A stretch of 64,000 bases of DNA from an uncultured cyanobacterium (GCA_963803805.1 CAWDOD010000009.1:160001-224000), one strand, 5' to 3'; shown: positions 1 to 10,771, numbered from the stretch's first letter. Made by a program: numbers and translations. The notes: generated by a model from the sequence alone, not told the origin.

Positions 1-873
1 ACTATTCGGGTTAATTAGCATACCAATAGAGGCAAAAAATAGACTAGCAAAAGTATCTCGTAAGGGAATCATTTTTGCTAAAGCTTGGTCAGAATAATCA
101 ATTTCGGAGATAGTTAGCCCAGCTACAAATGCACCCATTTCAATGGATAAGCCTAAGCTAGCAGTTATCAAGGCTACCCCTAAACATAAAGCAATTACCG
201 TCAGTAAAAACAACTCACTATTTTCAGTTTTGGCAACGGTAGTCATAATGCGAGGAATAAGCCAATACCCAGCAGCGATCGCACTAATAAAAAACAATAC
301 TACTTTAATTATTGCAGCCACTAAAGCAAAAATTAGATTCTCTGGTTGATTGAGGGCTGGTAATACTGCCAACATTAATCCTAAAGCTAAATCTTGGGCA
401 ATTAGGACTGCCAACATTACCTGACCATGAATAGTATTAACTTCTCCTCTTTCGGTTAAAGTTTTTAGTACAACGGCGGTAGAAGATAGAGATAATACAG
501 CCCCCATAAAAATTCCTTCTACCGGAGTTTGAACCCAACCCAATATAGTGGTGAACAATGCTACTAAGGCAATAGTTAGCCCAATTTGTAACAGGCTACC
601 TTTGATGGCAATATCTTTAACCCGTTTTAATTCAGCCAGGGAAAACTCCACTCCCAAAGCAAAAAGCAAAAAAGCAACACCAATTTCCGCTAAGGATTTT
701 ATCTCTTCTATTTGATTAATTAAACCCAAGCCAAATGGACCAATTATTAAACCACAAACCAGATAACCTAATAAAACAGGCTGGCGCAGATGATAGGCAA
801 TAAAACCTCCTACTGCTGATGAGCCTAGCACCGTGGTGATGTCTAAAACAAAGATATGATTTACTGCTGCCAT
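1..873 (-). CDS. Cation:proton antiporter, CPA2/Kef family (3' end runs off window)
   Basis: Not in the ORF track. Manual translation from ATG 873 gives MAAVNHIFVLDITTVLGSSAVGGFIAYHLRQPVLLGYLVCGLIIGPFGLG...LAEIGVAFLLFALGVEFSLAEL...LSLSSTAVVLKTL...QDLALG...GAFVAGL..., open to position 1, with typical CPA2 transmembrane motifs. Confidence 0.9.
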   Translation of the reverse strand, partial: MAAVNHIFVLDITTVLGSSAVGGFIAYHLRQPVLLGYLVCGLIIGPFGLGLINQIEEIKSLAEIGVAFLLFALGVEFSLAELKRVKDIAIKGSLLQIGLTIALVALFTTILGWVQTPVEGIFMGAVLSLSSTAVVLKTLTERGEVNTIHGQVMLAVLIAQDLALGLMLAVLPALNQPENLIFALVAAIIKVVLFFISAIAAGYWLIPRIMTTVAKTENSELFLLTVIALCLGVALITASLGLSIEMGAFVAGLTISEIDYSDQALAKMIPLRDTFASLFFASIGMLINPNS

Positions 874-947
874 TAATTAATTATTAGCTACCAGTTAGTA
901 TTTACTATCTTAAAGAAAAAAGGTTCTACCGAACTTAGGATGTAAGA

Positions 948-3900
948 TTAGCAATTGGCGATCGCAACTTCAGTTAATTCTATAATTTCATCAAAACAAT
1001 AACTAGAAGTTAATTCAAATAGCTTGATTTTTGTTGCTTGATAACTTGCTGGGATTTCTGTGAGGAGTTTTTGAATTACCTCCGCATCTACTTCAATTGC
1101 AGCTTGCTGTAGTTTTTTGAGCCATTTGAGGGACATGAAGGAAAGGGAGAGAGGGGGAGACTGGGGGATGGGGAGATGGGTAGATGAGAGGAAGAGATGG
1201 GGTGACTGGGAGATGGGTTTGCTTTTGATGTTGAAGCTGAAAGTAGAACCTTGATTAATGCTGCTTTCTAAGTTGATGTCTCCTCCCATCAATTGGACAA
1301 AGCAGCGACTAATGGCGAGTCCTAACCCTGTACCACCTTGGGCGTGGATGCCGCTAATGGTTTGTACGAAAGGTTGAAAGATTTTTGCTTGTTCTTTGGG
1401 GGTTATGCCTTTACCAGTATCAGTTATTTCAAAGTAAATAGAATTTGATTTTTCTGATAGGTTAGGGTTTAGTTTTGCCGTTAAAGTAATGCCCCCAGTT
1501 GAGGTGAACTTAACAGCATTGCTGAGAAGATTAATTAGTACTTGGCGTAGCTTTTTTTCGTCGCTAAATAGGTATTTAGGAAGTTCAGGGGCAAGATTGA
1601 ATACCAGAGAAAGCCTTTTTTTATCTGCTTCAATTTGAAACATTTCTTGTAGAGTTTGCAAAAGCTGATGTAAATCAAAAGTTGTAGCATCAAGGGTTGT
1701 ATGTCCCGCTTCAATTTTGGACATTTCTAAAACATTGTTGATTAAATCTAGGAGGTAATTACCACTGCGGTTGATAATGTTAAGGGAATTTTTTTGCTTT
1801 GTGGTTAAATTAGCATCCTCTTTCATTAACTGGGTGAAACCTAAAACTGCATTGAGAGGAGTCCGCAATTCATGACTCATGTTAGCCAAAAATTCACTTT
1901 TAGCTTGGTTAGCAACTTCGGCACTGTGTTTAGCCTCTGCTTCCTGTTGCAATAGCTTTGCTTGGGCAATGGCAATGCCTAATTGAGCCGCAACAGCTTC
2001 CATTAATTCAATTTCTTCTGGAGTCCATTGTCGGAAGCGATCGCACTGTTGCAGCACAATTGCACCATTAGCTTCTCCTTGGTAGGAAGTACGCACTGCA
2101 ACAAGAGATTTAACTTCAAACTCCTCATAAATACAAACAGAACGTTTTAGGATCGGAACATCAAAAACATTGGGGTAAACAGTAGCTTCTTCAGTAGCAA
2201 GACAGTGAGCAACACAAGCAGCATCTTCTAAGGGTAGTTCCATATTCAACATCGAAGCAAACTCAGGGAGAAGATATTCAGCTACGATGCGAGTTCTAGC
2301 TTCTGGAATAGTTTGATAGGTGAAAATTTGACAGCGATCTACACAGAACACCGAACCAACTTGGTTTACAGTAGTTTGCAGGATAGTCTGCAAATCCAAG
2401 CTTTGGCGAATATCTTGGGTGATTTGTTCTGTCAATAAAACCCGTTGTAGTTGCCTAGCGAGGGCTTTTTCTGCATACTCCCTTTCTAACTCAGCCCCAG
2501 CACGGGCAGCAAAGATTTCTAAAATCAAATTCTGCACCTCCAAGTTCTTTTCTTCTAAGGGTTTGGTGTCCAGCACCGTTAAAAGCCCTAAAATAGTTCC
2601 GGCAGTGTTGACAATGGGCAAGCCGATGTAACTTTCTGCCCCAAACTCAACTAAATAAACATCCCTAGGAAAAAGAGACTGCACCGAATGGGGATAGATA
2701 GATTTTATACCTTCAAGAACCTCTGCACAGGGAGTATGGGCTATGTCATACTCAAAATTTTCTCCAAAGCTTCCCCTCAGCCAAAAAGCTAAGGTACGGG
2801 CTTTCTTTTTGCTATGATCAGCAAATTCAGAAATAAAAGCGCAGGGAACTTGTAAAACCTCTGCTAAAGAACGGACACAGGAGCTAAAAAATTCACTCCC
2901 AATTTTGGCTGAAGTCCCCTCCACAATTAAGCGCAGGGAATCTTCCCTTTGCTTGCGATCGCTAATATCATGGAAGTACCAAATTCTGCCATAATATTCC
3001 CCACTGCTGGCTTGAATCGGAGAAGAATAGCGGTCTAAAACTCGCCCGTTTTTTAAGATGATTTCGTCTCGACTCACTTCTTGAGGATGATCATATAAAT
3101 AGCTAACCTTGGCGATAAACTGCTCTGGCTGCAACAAATGAGTTGTAACATAGTTAATTAATTGCAGAGAATCGGCTGTTACCATGACTGGCTCAGGAAT
3201 AGACCATTGTTGACAAAAACGCTGATTGTAATAAACTACTTGACGATGTTCATTAACAATTAAAATACCATCAGGTGCAGCTTCCTGTTGGGCTTTGAGT
3301 AAAGCATTATTGCGATGCAAAATAGCTTGAGTTGAAGCACGTTGATGGGTTTCTAATGCTAAAGCCACAAAATCAGCAAGGGATGCAGCAAAGTTTTGCT
3401 CTGATAATGTCCAGTGACGGGTTATACCTTGATGTTCAATAGCCAAAACTCCCACCACTTTCCCTCCCAATCGGACTGGTGCATCTAAGTTGGAGGTAAT
3501 CTTGTAGGGAAGGAAGTAGGAACTAAAAAATTCTTTTAAACGAGGATCATTACAAGAATCGGAGGCTGCAATGGTACGGGCAGTTGCTAGCTGTTTGAAA
3601 TAGCGAGGATGTTCTGTGGCAGTAAATTCTAAACCTGCGGAATGCTGTTTTTTTTGAGCTTCGTAGAGATCGATACATTCTAGCTTTGAGCCGTCATGGT
3701 TATAAAGCCATACTCCCACTCTCGCTACAGCCAAAGACTGGGCTGCTGCTTCTGTAATAGCTTGTAGGGCTAATTCTAAATCACCTTCTGCTAGGGCTTG
3801 GTGTTGTGCTAACTTGGTGAGTACTTGACTTTGTTGGTGCAGTCGTTGTTCGGCTTCATAGGAAACTAGAGGCTGTTTTGAAATAGTTAATATAGCAATC

Positions 3901-4262
3901 TTTTCACCTTGATGATTGTGACTGTAAAGGCCAGATATTTCTAAGTTTAAAATATCCTTTCCCCGTGACAACTGATAGATAGATGTTTCGTACTTTTGTT
4001 GCAGGAGTAGTACATGGGGATATAAATCTGGAAGAAGGAACTGCCCATCTTGAATTAAGGGAAGTACTTCGGGTAAGCTAACTTCCCTTAAGCTTCTCTC
4101 TAAGCCATTTACCAAACTTACAAAACTATCATTGTACCACTGTATCCGACCATCCTCTCTAACCCAAACCACCCCTTGGGCAATTCCAGCTAGGGTTTCT
4201 TCCATCTGCTTAAGCCTAGCTTGGAGTTCCTCAACTTCTTGTGTTGTTAAGTCTGCTTCCAT
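948..4262 (-). CDS. PAS/GAF multi-sensor histidine kinase (no receiver domain)
   Basis: H-box FLANMSHELRTPLNA, N-box QVLINLLSNAVKFT, G boxes DTGKGI and GGTGLGLAIS; PAS and three GAF-like segments upstream. Confidence 0.9.
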   Translation of the reverse strand: MEADLTTQEVEELQARLKQMEETLAGIAQGVVWVREDGRIQWYNDSFVSLVNGLERSLREVSLPEVLPLIQDGQFLLPDLYPHVLLLQQKYETSIYQLSRGKDILNLEISGLYSHNHQGEKIAILTISKQPLVSYEAEQRLHQQSQVLTKLAQHQALAEGDLELALQAITEAAAQSLAVARVGVWLYNHDGSKLECIDLYEAQKKQHSAGLEFTATEHPRYFKQLATARTIAASDSCNDPRLKEFFSSYFLPYKITSNLDAPVRLGGKVVGVLAIEHQGITRHWTLSEQNFAASLADFVALALETHQRASTQAILHRNNALLKAQQEAAPDGILIVNEHRQVVYYNQRFCQQWSIPEPVMVTADSLQLINYVTTHLLQPEQFIAKVSYLYDHPQEVSRDEIILKNGRVLDRYSSPIQASSGEYYGRIWYFHDISDRKQREDSLRLIVEGTSAKIGSEFFSSCVRSLAEVLQVPCAFISEFADHSKKKARTLAFWLRGSFGENFEYDIAHTPCAEVLEGIKSIYPHSVQSLFPRDVYLVEFGAESYIGLPIVNTAGTILGLLTVLDTKPLEEKNLEVQNLILEIFAARAGAELEREYAEKALARQLQRVLLTEQITQDIRQSLDLQTILQTTVNQVGSVFCVDRCQIFTYQTIPEARTRIVAEYLLPEFASMLNMELPLEDAACVAHCLATEEATVYPNVFDVPILKRSVCIYEEFEVKSLVAVRTSYQGEANGAIVLQQCDRFRQWTPEEIELMEAVAAQLGIAIAQAKLLQQEAEAKHSAEVANQAKSEFLANMSHELRTPLNAVLGFTQLMKEDANLTTKQKNSLNIINRSGNYLLDLINNVLEMSKIEAGHTTLDATTFDLHQLLQTLQEMFQIEADKKRLSLVFNLAPELPKYLFSDEKKLRQVLINLLSNAVKFTSTGGITLTAKLNPNLSEKSNSIYFEITDTGKGITPKEQAKIFQPFVQTISGIHAQGGTGLGLAISRCFVQLMGGDINLESSINQGSTFSFNIKSKPISQSPHLFLSSTHLPIPQSPPLSLSFMSLKWLKKLQQAAIEVDAEVIQKLLTEIPASYQATKIKLFELTSSYCFDEIIELTEVAIANC
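1141..1218 (+). repeat. Purine-rich degenerate octamer tandem repeat (GGGAGATG-like) inside the kinase CDS
   Basis: gggagact/gggggatg/gggagatg/ggtagatg/gggtgact/gggagatg units, encoding the Pro/Ser/His-rich linker PISQSPHLFLSSTHLPIPQSPPLSL. Confidence 0.7.
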
Positions 4263-4468
4263 TGAGTTAGTTATTAGTTATCATTACTTGTAGCTAATGG
4301 CTAATGATTAATGATTAATGGCTAATTTAACAAAGAATCGGGAAGAAATAGAGAAGAAAGGCTATTATTAGCGACAAAATAAATTAGCTTCTCCGTCTTA
4401 GCTATTTCTGGTAATGACTTTCTCTTAATTGCTAAGATTATTTATAAATGATGGGGAATGTCATAACT

Positions 4469-5647
4469 TCAAGGATAAACTCTTCCTTTCCATGCTCCCC
4501 CTTTTCCTTGCCAATGGCGTAGGGCAGAATCAACACTCATCAAGTTATAAAGTAAAGCAATGCCTGGTAAAACAAAGGCTAGCAAGGGAGAAGATTTATA
4601 TAAACGGATAGTTGGTAAGTAAGCTAAAGCCATAAGTAGCCAGGCTGCTAAACCAGTGATCACAATTGACCAATTTCGGGTTAATAAACCTCCTATAGTT
4701 GCTAAAGGAGGTACAAGATAAATTATGGTCATAGCCATTAAAGTTCCCCATAAAAGCCAAGGAGAATAATTGAGTTGGGTATAAGCGGTACGGGCTACCA
4801 TGTCCCAAATACTTGTTAAGGAAGGATAGGGACGCAAACTCAATGTAGAGTCGGTTAAGCCTAACCAAATGCCTTTTTTTCCTTCACTACTAGATTTAAT
4901 AGCTTCAGCTAAGGCACAATCATCAATTAAAGCTTGGCGTATAGTTGCAATGCCGCCAATGCGTTGCAAGGCTTGGCGATGGATGAGGATACAACCCCCT
5001 GCTGCGGCTGCCATTGTTTTGTTGGTATCGTTAACCCAAGGAAAAGGATAAAGTTTTTGGAAGAAGAACACAAAAGCAGGGATGAGGAGTTGTTCCCAAA
5101 AGCTTTGACACCGTAGCAAAACCATCAAAGAAACTAAATCTAAATTTTCTTGTTCTGCTTTAGTAGCTAACTCGCGGAGATTGCTTGAATGGTGTTGAAT
5201 ATCTGCATCAGTGAAGAGGAAGTAGTCAGGGAGATAAGTTTGTTGTTGAGCGGTTTTGATACCCTGTGCCATAGCCCAGAGTTTACCTGTCCAACCTTGG
5301 GGAAGAGCTTCTGCTAGGATGACTTTTAACCTTTGGGTACAGTTTAATTGCGCAGCAATTTCTTGAGCAACTTCCCCGGTGGAATCACTACTACGGTCAT
5401 CAACTAAAATTAAGCTAAATTCCCCAGGATAATCTTGATTAAGAAGGGAAGGCAAAGTTTGAGGCAGCATTTCAGCCTCATTACGAGCAGGAATTATGGC
5501 ACAAACGGCAGGAAATTCTTTTAAATCTTTGCTTTGAGTATCTAAGCGTTGGTTTGCTCGCCAAAATTGACCCCAAAAACTTAAAAGTCCTAGCCAACTT
5601 AATAAAGATAGTAGAGTTAACCCCAAGGCAATTTTGTTTTCAATCAT
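4469..5647 (-). CDS. hpnB: GT2 glycosyltransferase, hopene-associated HpnB-like
   Basis: IIPARNEA, VDDRSSD, LPQGWTGKLWAM, FTDADI, AAAAGGCILI, ALIDDCALA, WDMVARTAYTQL, GGAWKGRVY. Start moved to ATG 5647. Confidence 0.75.
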   Translation of the reverse strand: MIENKIALGLTLLSLLSWLGLLSFWGQFWRANQRLDTQSKDLKEFPAVCAIIPARNEAEMLPQTLPSLLNQDYPGEFSLILVDDRSSDSTGEVAQEIAAQLNCTQRLKVILAEALPQGWTGKLWAMAQGIKTAQQQTYLPDYFLFTDADIQHHSSNLRELATKAEQENLDLVSLMVLLRCQSFWEQLLIPAFVFFFQKLYPFPWVNDTNKTMAAAAGGCILIHRQALQRIGGIATIRQALIDDCALAEAIKSSSEGKKGIWLGLTDSTLSLRPYPSLTSIWDMVARTAYTQLNYSPWLLWGTLMAMTIIYLVPPLATIGGLLTRNWSIVITGLAAWLLMALAYLPTIRLYKSSPLLAFVLPGIALLYNLMSVDSALRHWQGKGGAWKGRVYP

Positions 5648-5747
5648 CAATCAACTCCCGATGATCCCAGAGAACATTCTGTGAACAAAAGTGTTTCTTC
5701 AATATAAATTAAGTTTTTTGAGTAGTGATATCATTAGCCCTCAACAA

Positions 5748-6443
5748 CTAAATTGGCAAACGTTTAATATCTTTATTAGAACCAATTACCACCATCGCTA
5801 AACCTTGAGAAAGTACTTGAGTTGGTTTAGGATTAATCTCAAAATGTTCTCCTTGCCCTACCGCCAATAAATTTAAGCCGTAGCAGTTACGTAACTGGAG
5901 TTGAGCAATCGTTTTGCCATGAAATTCTTCAGGGATAAGAACTTCGACAATACTATGTTCTGGATCGAGTTCAAAGCGTTCTAGAATGCCAGGTTTAGTC
6001 AACTTTTGGGCTAATTCTAAACCTGCTTCCTTTTCCGGGAAAACAACTTGAGTTGCTCCTACTTTTTCTAATAAAGTGCGATGTATTTCTGAGGAAGCTT
6101 TAGCAATTACGTGTTTGACCCCCCCTTCTTTGACATTTAAGGTTGTAATAATACTTTCTTCTACATAGTTACCAATAGCAATAATTACTGTATCAAATTC
6201 AAAAATACCTGCTTCTTTTAGGGCTACAGGGTCAGTTGAATCTAGCTTGATAGCATGGGAAACAGATTTTTCTAAGATGACTTGGTGAACAAGCTTGTCA
6301 TCTAGATCAGTACCCAAAACTTCGTAACCTAATTCTTTTAGTCCATTACAAACTGCTCTGCCGAAACGCCCTAAACCAATGACAGCAAATTGATGATCTT
6401 CTTGATGGAAACTATTTATAATACTTAGGGAACGTAGATTCAC
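5748..6443 (-). CDS. ktrA: TrkA/KtrA K+ uptake NAD-binding (RCK) subunit
   Basis: FAVIGLGRFG Rossmann motif, VVFPEKEAG, C-terminal RCK_C domain. Confidence 0.9.
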   Translation of the reverse strand: MNLRSLSIINSFHQEDHQFAVIGLGRFGRAVCNGLKELGYEVLGTDLDDKLVHQVILEKSVSHAIKLDSTDPVALKEAGIFEFDTVIIAIGNYVEESIITTLNVKEGGVKHVIAKASSEIHRTLLEKVGATQVVFPEKEAGLELAQKLTKPGILERFELDPEHSIVEVLIPEEFHGKTIAQLQLRNCYGLNLLAVGQGEHFEINPKPTQVLSQGLAMVVIGSNKDIKRLPI

Positions 6444-6551
6444 TTCTACCTCTTATCATTTACCATTAATCATTTCCGAATAAGCATGAGTTATATCTTG
6501 ATTAGTCAAAGTCTAGACTTTGACTCATGCTACTGAAAACTTCTATCTAGT

Positions 6552-7886
6552 TTATCCTACTAATAAATTTTCTTTAGGATATTCAATTCTACTAGGTTCA
6601 GGATCTCCTAAAATAGCTGATATAAAGAGTAATACTCCCACTCTACCAATGTACATAGTAAATACCAATACTATCTGCCCCAAAGGAGAAATACTATCGG
6701 TAATTCCAGTAGAAAGTCCTACTGTAGCAAAGGCGGAGACGACTTCAAAAGCTATTCTGAGCAACTGTAAATTAGCATCCGTTAAAGAAAGTAAAATAGT
6801 AGCAATAGCAATAGTGATGCCTGAACCAAAAACTACTGCTACTGCTTTGAGAATCAAAGGCATAGGTACTGTACGCTTAAACATACGCACTTGATCGTGA
6901 CCTCGTAAAATAGAGTTTGTACAGCCAATAATAATTCCTAGGGTAGTAGTCTTAATTCCTCCTCCAGTACCGCTAGGACTAGCGCCAATAAACATTAATC
7001 CTACGGTAATGAACAAACCTGCTCCAGTCATAGTACCAATGTCTATACTATTAAAACCTGCTGTTCTGGTAGTAACAGATTGAAACCAGGCGGCTATAAT
7101 TTTTTCCGACAAAGGTAAAGAATTTAAGGTTGCTGTATTGCTAAATTCTGTAGACAAAAAAGCTACTGCCCCTAAAGTTAAAAGAACAAAGCTTGTAGTA
7201 GTAACTACTTTAAAATTAAGGGAGAAACAATATCTTTTTTGATGTCCTTTGACTTTGCTGAAAAACCACAAATACATTTCAATAATTACCTGATAGCCAA
7301 TACCTCCAAAAATGATTAAAAGGGAAATGGCTAAGTTAAGAACTACTGAAGAACGATACCCTACCAAACTATCAGAAAACAAACTAAATCCAGCATTATT
7401 CCAAGCACTAATACTATGAAAAATAGCTAGCCAAAGGCTAGAAGCAATACCATAATCTTGAGAAAAAACTGTGAGTAGCAAAACCATTCCTATTACTTCA
7501 AAAATAAGGGTAGTAGCTAGGACAGAAAGGACTAGATTTTTACTTCCTTGTAAGAATGGTCTATCAAAAGATTGCTGGATAGCAAATTTTTGTCTAAAAT
7601 CAAATTTACGTTTAATAAGTAAAGCCAGAAAAGTAGTGATCATCATATAGCCAAGTCCACCAACTTGAATAAGGCAGATGATAAAAAACTGCCCCCAAAA
7701 GGAAAAATAGCTGCCTGTGTCGACCACAACTAAACCTGTTACACAAACAGCAGAGGTGGCTGTAAATAATGCCTTGATTGGATCATTCCAATTGCCTGTA
7801 CTAGTTGAAAACGGCATCATTAATAAAATTGTACCAATAGCAATAACTGCCAAAAAACCTAAGCAGATTGTACGAGGAATAGTCAT
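6552..7886 (-). CDS. ktrB: TrkH/KtrB K+ uptake membrane subunit
   Basis: Four pore loops: ATSAVCVTGL, SISAWNNAGF, SVTTRTAGF, VSAFATVGLS; also GASPSGTGGGIKTTT. Confidence 0.93.
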   Translation of the reverse strand: MTIPRTICLGFLAVIAIGTILLMMPFSTSTGNWNDPIKALFTATSAVCVTGLVVVDTGSYFSFWGQFFIICLIQVGGLGYMMITTFLALLIKRKFDFRQKFAIQQSFDRPFLQGSKNLVLSVLATTLIFEVIGMVLLLTVFSQDYGIASSLWLAIFHSISAWNNAGFSLFSDSLVGYRSSVVLNLAISLLIIFGGIGYQVIIEMYLWFFSKVKGHQKRYCFSLNFKVVTTTSFVLLTLGAVAFLSTEFSNTATLNSLPLSEKIIAAWFQSVTTRTAGFNSIDIGTMTGAGLFITVGLMFIGASPSGTGGGIKTTTLGIIIGCTNSILRGHDQVRMFKRTVPMPLILKAVAVVFGSGITIAIATILLSLTDANLQLLRIAFEVVSAFATVGLSTGITDSISPLGQIVLVFTMYIGRVGVLLFISAILGDPEPSRIEYPKENLLVG

Positions 7887-8156
7887 TTATGTGATTAATT
7901 ATTTAATTAATGAATAATACTTGCTAAGTATAGCTCTTACACGCCTATTAAAACTTCTGGATATACAAAATGATAGTTGCATATTAATATTTTATATGCT
8001 TTATGATCTTGTTTGCTAAGAAATTAATAACGGCTATACAATACAAAAGAAACTAACTAAAATGCTCAATCTTTATTACAAACTTAAATTATTAATTTGT
8101 AAATAATAAATAACTAATAATCAAGAATCTTTTGTCATTCATCATGGTGCAAAGTA

Positions 8157-9038
8157 ATGGAATCTTCCCGAATCATCGAAAGTCTTTATACTGATGGAGC
8201 TTGTACAGGTAATCCTGGCCCTGGAGGCTGGGGAGTTGTAGTCTATTTTACAGATAATTCAGTCTTTGAGATGGGTGGTAGTGCGACTCAAACCACCAAC
8301 AATCGCATGGAAATGGAAGCTGCGGTTTCCGCTTTACGCCTTTTACAAGCTTGCAAGCAAACTGAAACTGCTACTATTTATACAGATAGCGAATATGTTC
8401 GCAAAGGTATAACTCAGTGGATTAAAGGCTGGAAAAAAAAAGGTTGGAAAAATTCTCAAGGCAAACCGGTTCAAAATCAAGACCTTTGGGAGAAACTAGA
8501 TAAATTAAACTCTGACCAGGTGATTTGGAAACACGTTAAGGGTCATAGTGGTAACGAAGGTAATGAACGCTGCGATGCGATCGCCCGTGGCTTTGCCCAA
8601 GGTGGTTCTATCTCTCTCCAACAAGAATATTCTCCTAGGGTGACAGAAAATTTTGCTCAATTTGATTCTCTCTCGGTAGCAGGGTTATCAGACTCAAAGG
8701 GTCTAGCAAAGATACTTTACACAGAAGATAAACAAACTAACTCATCTAACTCAGATATAAACATGATGGAATCATCTGCTGGTACAACAGAGGAATTTCA
8801 ACTCCCCCGCGAAGTCAGAGTTACTAACCTACAAAACTTAATCGAAACTTTGCGTATCGCCGAAGAAATCTCGACTAAAGGTTATTTAATTAGTAGTGCT
8901 GAACTGGCTGATTTGATGGATGTCAACGCCAGTGCAGTTACTAGTAGAGGGGATAATTGGCCTTGGCGCAATTGGCTAGTTTCACGGGTTAGGCGGGAAG
9001 GGAACCAAATCCTTTGGCAACTAGAAAAAGTAGCTTGA
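8157..9038 (+). CDS. rnhA: Ribonuclease HI with C-terminal extension domain
   Basis: YTDGACTGNPGPGGWG, TTNNRME, YTDSEYV, HVKGHSGNEGNERCDAIA with the D/E/D/D catalytic set; about 140 aa extra at the C-terminus. Confidence 0.92.
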   Translation: MESSRIIESLYTDGACTGNPGPGGWGVVVYFTDNSVFEMGGSATQTTNNRMEMEAAVSALRLLQACKQTETATIYTDSEYVRKGITQWIKGWKKKGWKNSQGKPVQNQDLWEKLDKLNSDQVIWKHVKGHSGNEGNERCDAIARGFAQGGSISLQQEYSPRVTENFAQFDSLSVAGLSDSKGLAKILYTEDKQTNSSNSDINMMESSAGTTEEFQLPREVRVTNLQNLIETLRIAEEISTKGYLISSAELADLMDVNASAVTSRGDNWPWRNWLVSRVRREGNQILWQLEKVA

Positions 9039-9044
9039 GTAAGC

Positions 9045-10511
9045 TTAGCCTAACCTTTCAATTAAATCGCGCAATGGTGTACGGTGATAAAGGAAACCAA
9101 GAGTGCTTTGTAGGTTTTCTAAGTTAGCTGGTGGCTGAGTTAAAAGACTATCAGCCGCAATGATTCTTGGCCAATTCAAGGGCTTAGTAGGAACTACTTG
9201 GGAAATAACCTGCAAGAATTCATAAGCTACTAAGCCATAACCAACGGTAGTAGGATGAAAGCCATCCAGTCCAAATATTCCTCCCTCAAATTCTGCTTCA
9301 GGGTTGGAGGCTTTGGGATCTAGATGAATAAAGCGGGTATCGATTAAAAGTTGCCCTTGAGGGGTTAAGCGGTCTTTGGTTAGGGGATTATTACGAATTG
9401 CAGTAACTAATTCAGCCGGAAACTGATAGTCAACATCTCCTCCTTGGCGACGGAAAGCTAATCTATCTAATAGAGTACAAATATCTACCACATACCAACC
9501 TCGTTTTTGAGCTTCTTCCTTTAGTAATCGGTTATAGTCATCAATGGTAGAGTCAATGGTACGAGCATCTTCACGGGTTAAATAAGGATAGCGTTCTGGG
9601 GCGCGAGAAAAATCATCATCCCAAACCCAAAAATGAGTATAGTACTCGTAGTAACCATCGTTGCTAAGGGCTGCTTCGCCTGTTTTACCTGGTGTTACGC
9701 CGCGACTAATGGGAGGGATGGTAACGTGGGGAATAGTAGTGATAAAGACATTTTTAGCCCCAACTGCGTCAACTTTAGGAGCAATACGCTCTAGCGCTTT
9801 TTGGAAATGTTCTGGTCGCCATAAATTAGTTTGAGATTTTTGTTCTTTTCTTTGATGGGGTAACAAAGTTAAATCTTCTAGGGTAGACCAATGTATGTCT
9901 AAGTCAGTTACAGTACTAAGGCAATTATTTGCCCCTAACCAAAAGATGAGGTTATCAATGCCCCCTTCCTGTTGGGCGATCGCTTTAGCTGCTTCTAGTT
10001 GAGATAAATTGGCATATTCAGCAGCAAAGCTGGGATTCAAAGTCCTTCGGGCAGCACGATACATAGCTGATTCGGGAATTTGACTAATAAAATTATCCTC
10101 TGGTTCTGGTATGGCACGACGACAAATAGCTTCAGTTAATGTGTCGCACTCTCCCAACAACAGGCTAAATATTGCTAAGTTATGGTGTAAGGGCCCTGTA
10201 GCTGAAGGGAGAGTACCTTCTCCTCTTTCCCAGTAATCCTCAACCCTGTCTAATAAACTCCGGGCGCTTAAAGTAGCAGGAACCACCTCTGTCCAATTCA
10301 CTTTAGAACCATATCTTTCTACTAATAATCTCAGAAGTTGCTCAAGGTTGATAGGCAAGCCCCCTTCACCACTAAAGTCTGGTTGCCGAAACTCATCCAC
10401 AGAAAGACTCTCAGCCAGAATAGCAGGAAAAGAAAAGTCTGTTTTGTGAATACTACCACTGATGAAACCTTGAGTAAGACTATCACCAATAGCAACTAGT
10501 TTAGCTGACAT
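9045..10511 (-). CDS. SGNH/GDSL-like hydrolase
   Basis: Block I IGDSLTQG, block III WLGANN, block V DGFHP. Confidence 0.75.
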   Translation of the reverse strand: MSAKLVAIGDSLTQGFISGSIHKTDFSFPAILAESLSVDEFRQPDFSGEGGLPINLEQLLRLLVERYGSKVNWTEVVPATLSARSLLDRVEDYWERGEGTLPSATGPLHHNLAIFSLLLGECDTLTEAICRRAIPEPEDNFISQIPESAMYRAARRTLNPSFAAEYANLSQLEAAKAIAQQEGGIDNLIFWLGANNCLSTVTDLDIHWSTLEDLTLLPHQRKEQKSQTNLWRPEHFQKALERIAPKVDAVGAKNVFITTIPHVTIPPISRGVTPGKTGEAALSNDGYYEYYTHFWVWDDDFSRAPERYPYLTREDARTIDSTIDDYNRLLKEEAQKRGWYVVDICTLLDRLAFRRQGGDVDYQFPAELVTAIRNNPLTKDRLTPQGQLLIDTRFIHLDPKASNPEAEFEGGIFGLDGFHPTTVGYGLVAYEFLQVISQVVPTKPLNWPRIIAADSLLTQPPANLENLQSTLGFLYHRTPLRDLIERLG

Positions 10512-10771
10512 AGATTTTTATTATAAATATAAGTTTGTACTAGGACTAATTATAGATTGGGAACTTGTTATTCCTAACAATTGCTCAATCTAAGTTAAAT
10601 TTCTCTTGTAGAGCGATATTTTTTCCACCTAAAAAATCTGATAATAATTAGACTTTTGACTACTAGCAACATAGCTAACCTCTTGTACTATTATTTTGAA
10701 ATTGTTAGTTTCGTTAACTTAAGGAACTGCAAGCTTGAAGATAATTCAAACTAATTTAAGGGGAATATAGT

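Noticed and set aside
1950-2420. Cys-containing GAF of the first kinase as a cyanobacteriochrome
   Set aside because: Cys residues (DAACVAHC, SVCIYEEF) do not fit the DxCF or CH spacing of bilin-binding GAFs.
4293-4327. Heptamer tandem repeat (ctaatgg/ttaatga) upstream of the first kinase
   Set aside because: Ordinary short tandem repeat typical of cyanobacterial intergenic DNA; no further structure.
4469-5647. Glycosyltransferase after ktrBA as KtrE/DgdA
   Set aside because: Motifs are GT2/HpnB-type, not the GT4-type DgdA encoded beside ktrB in Synechocystis.
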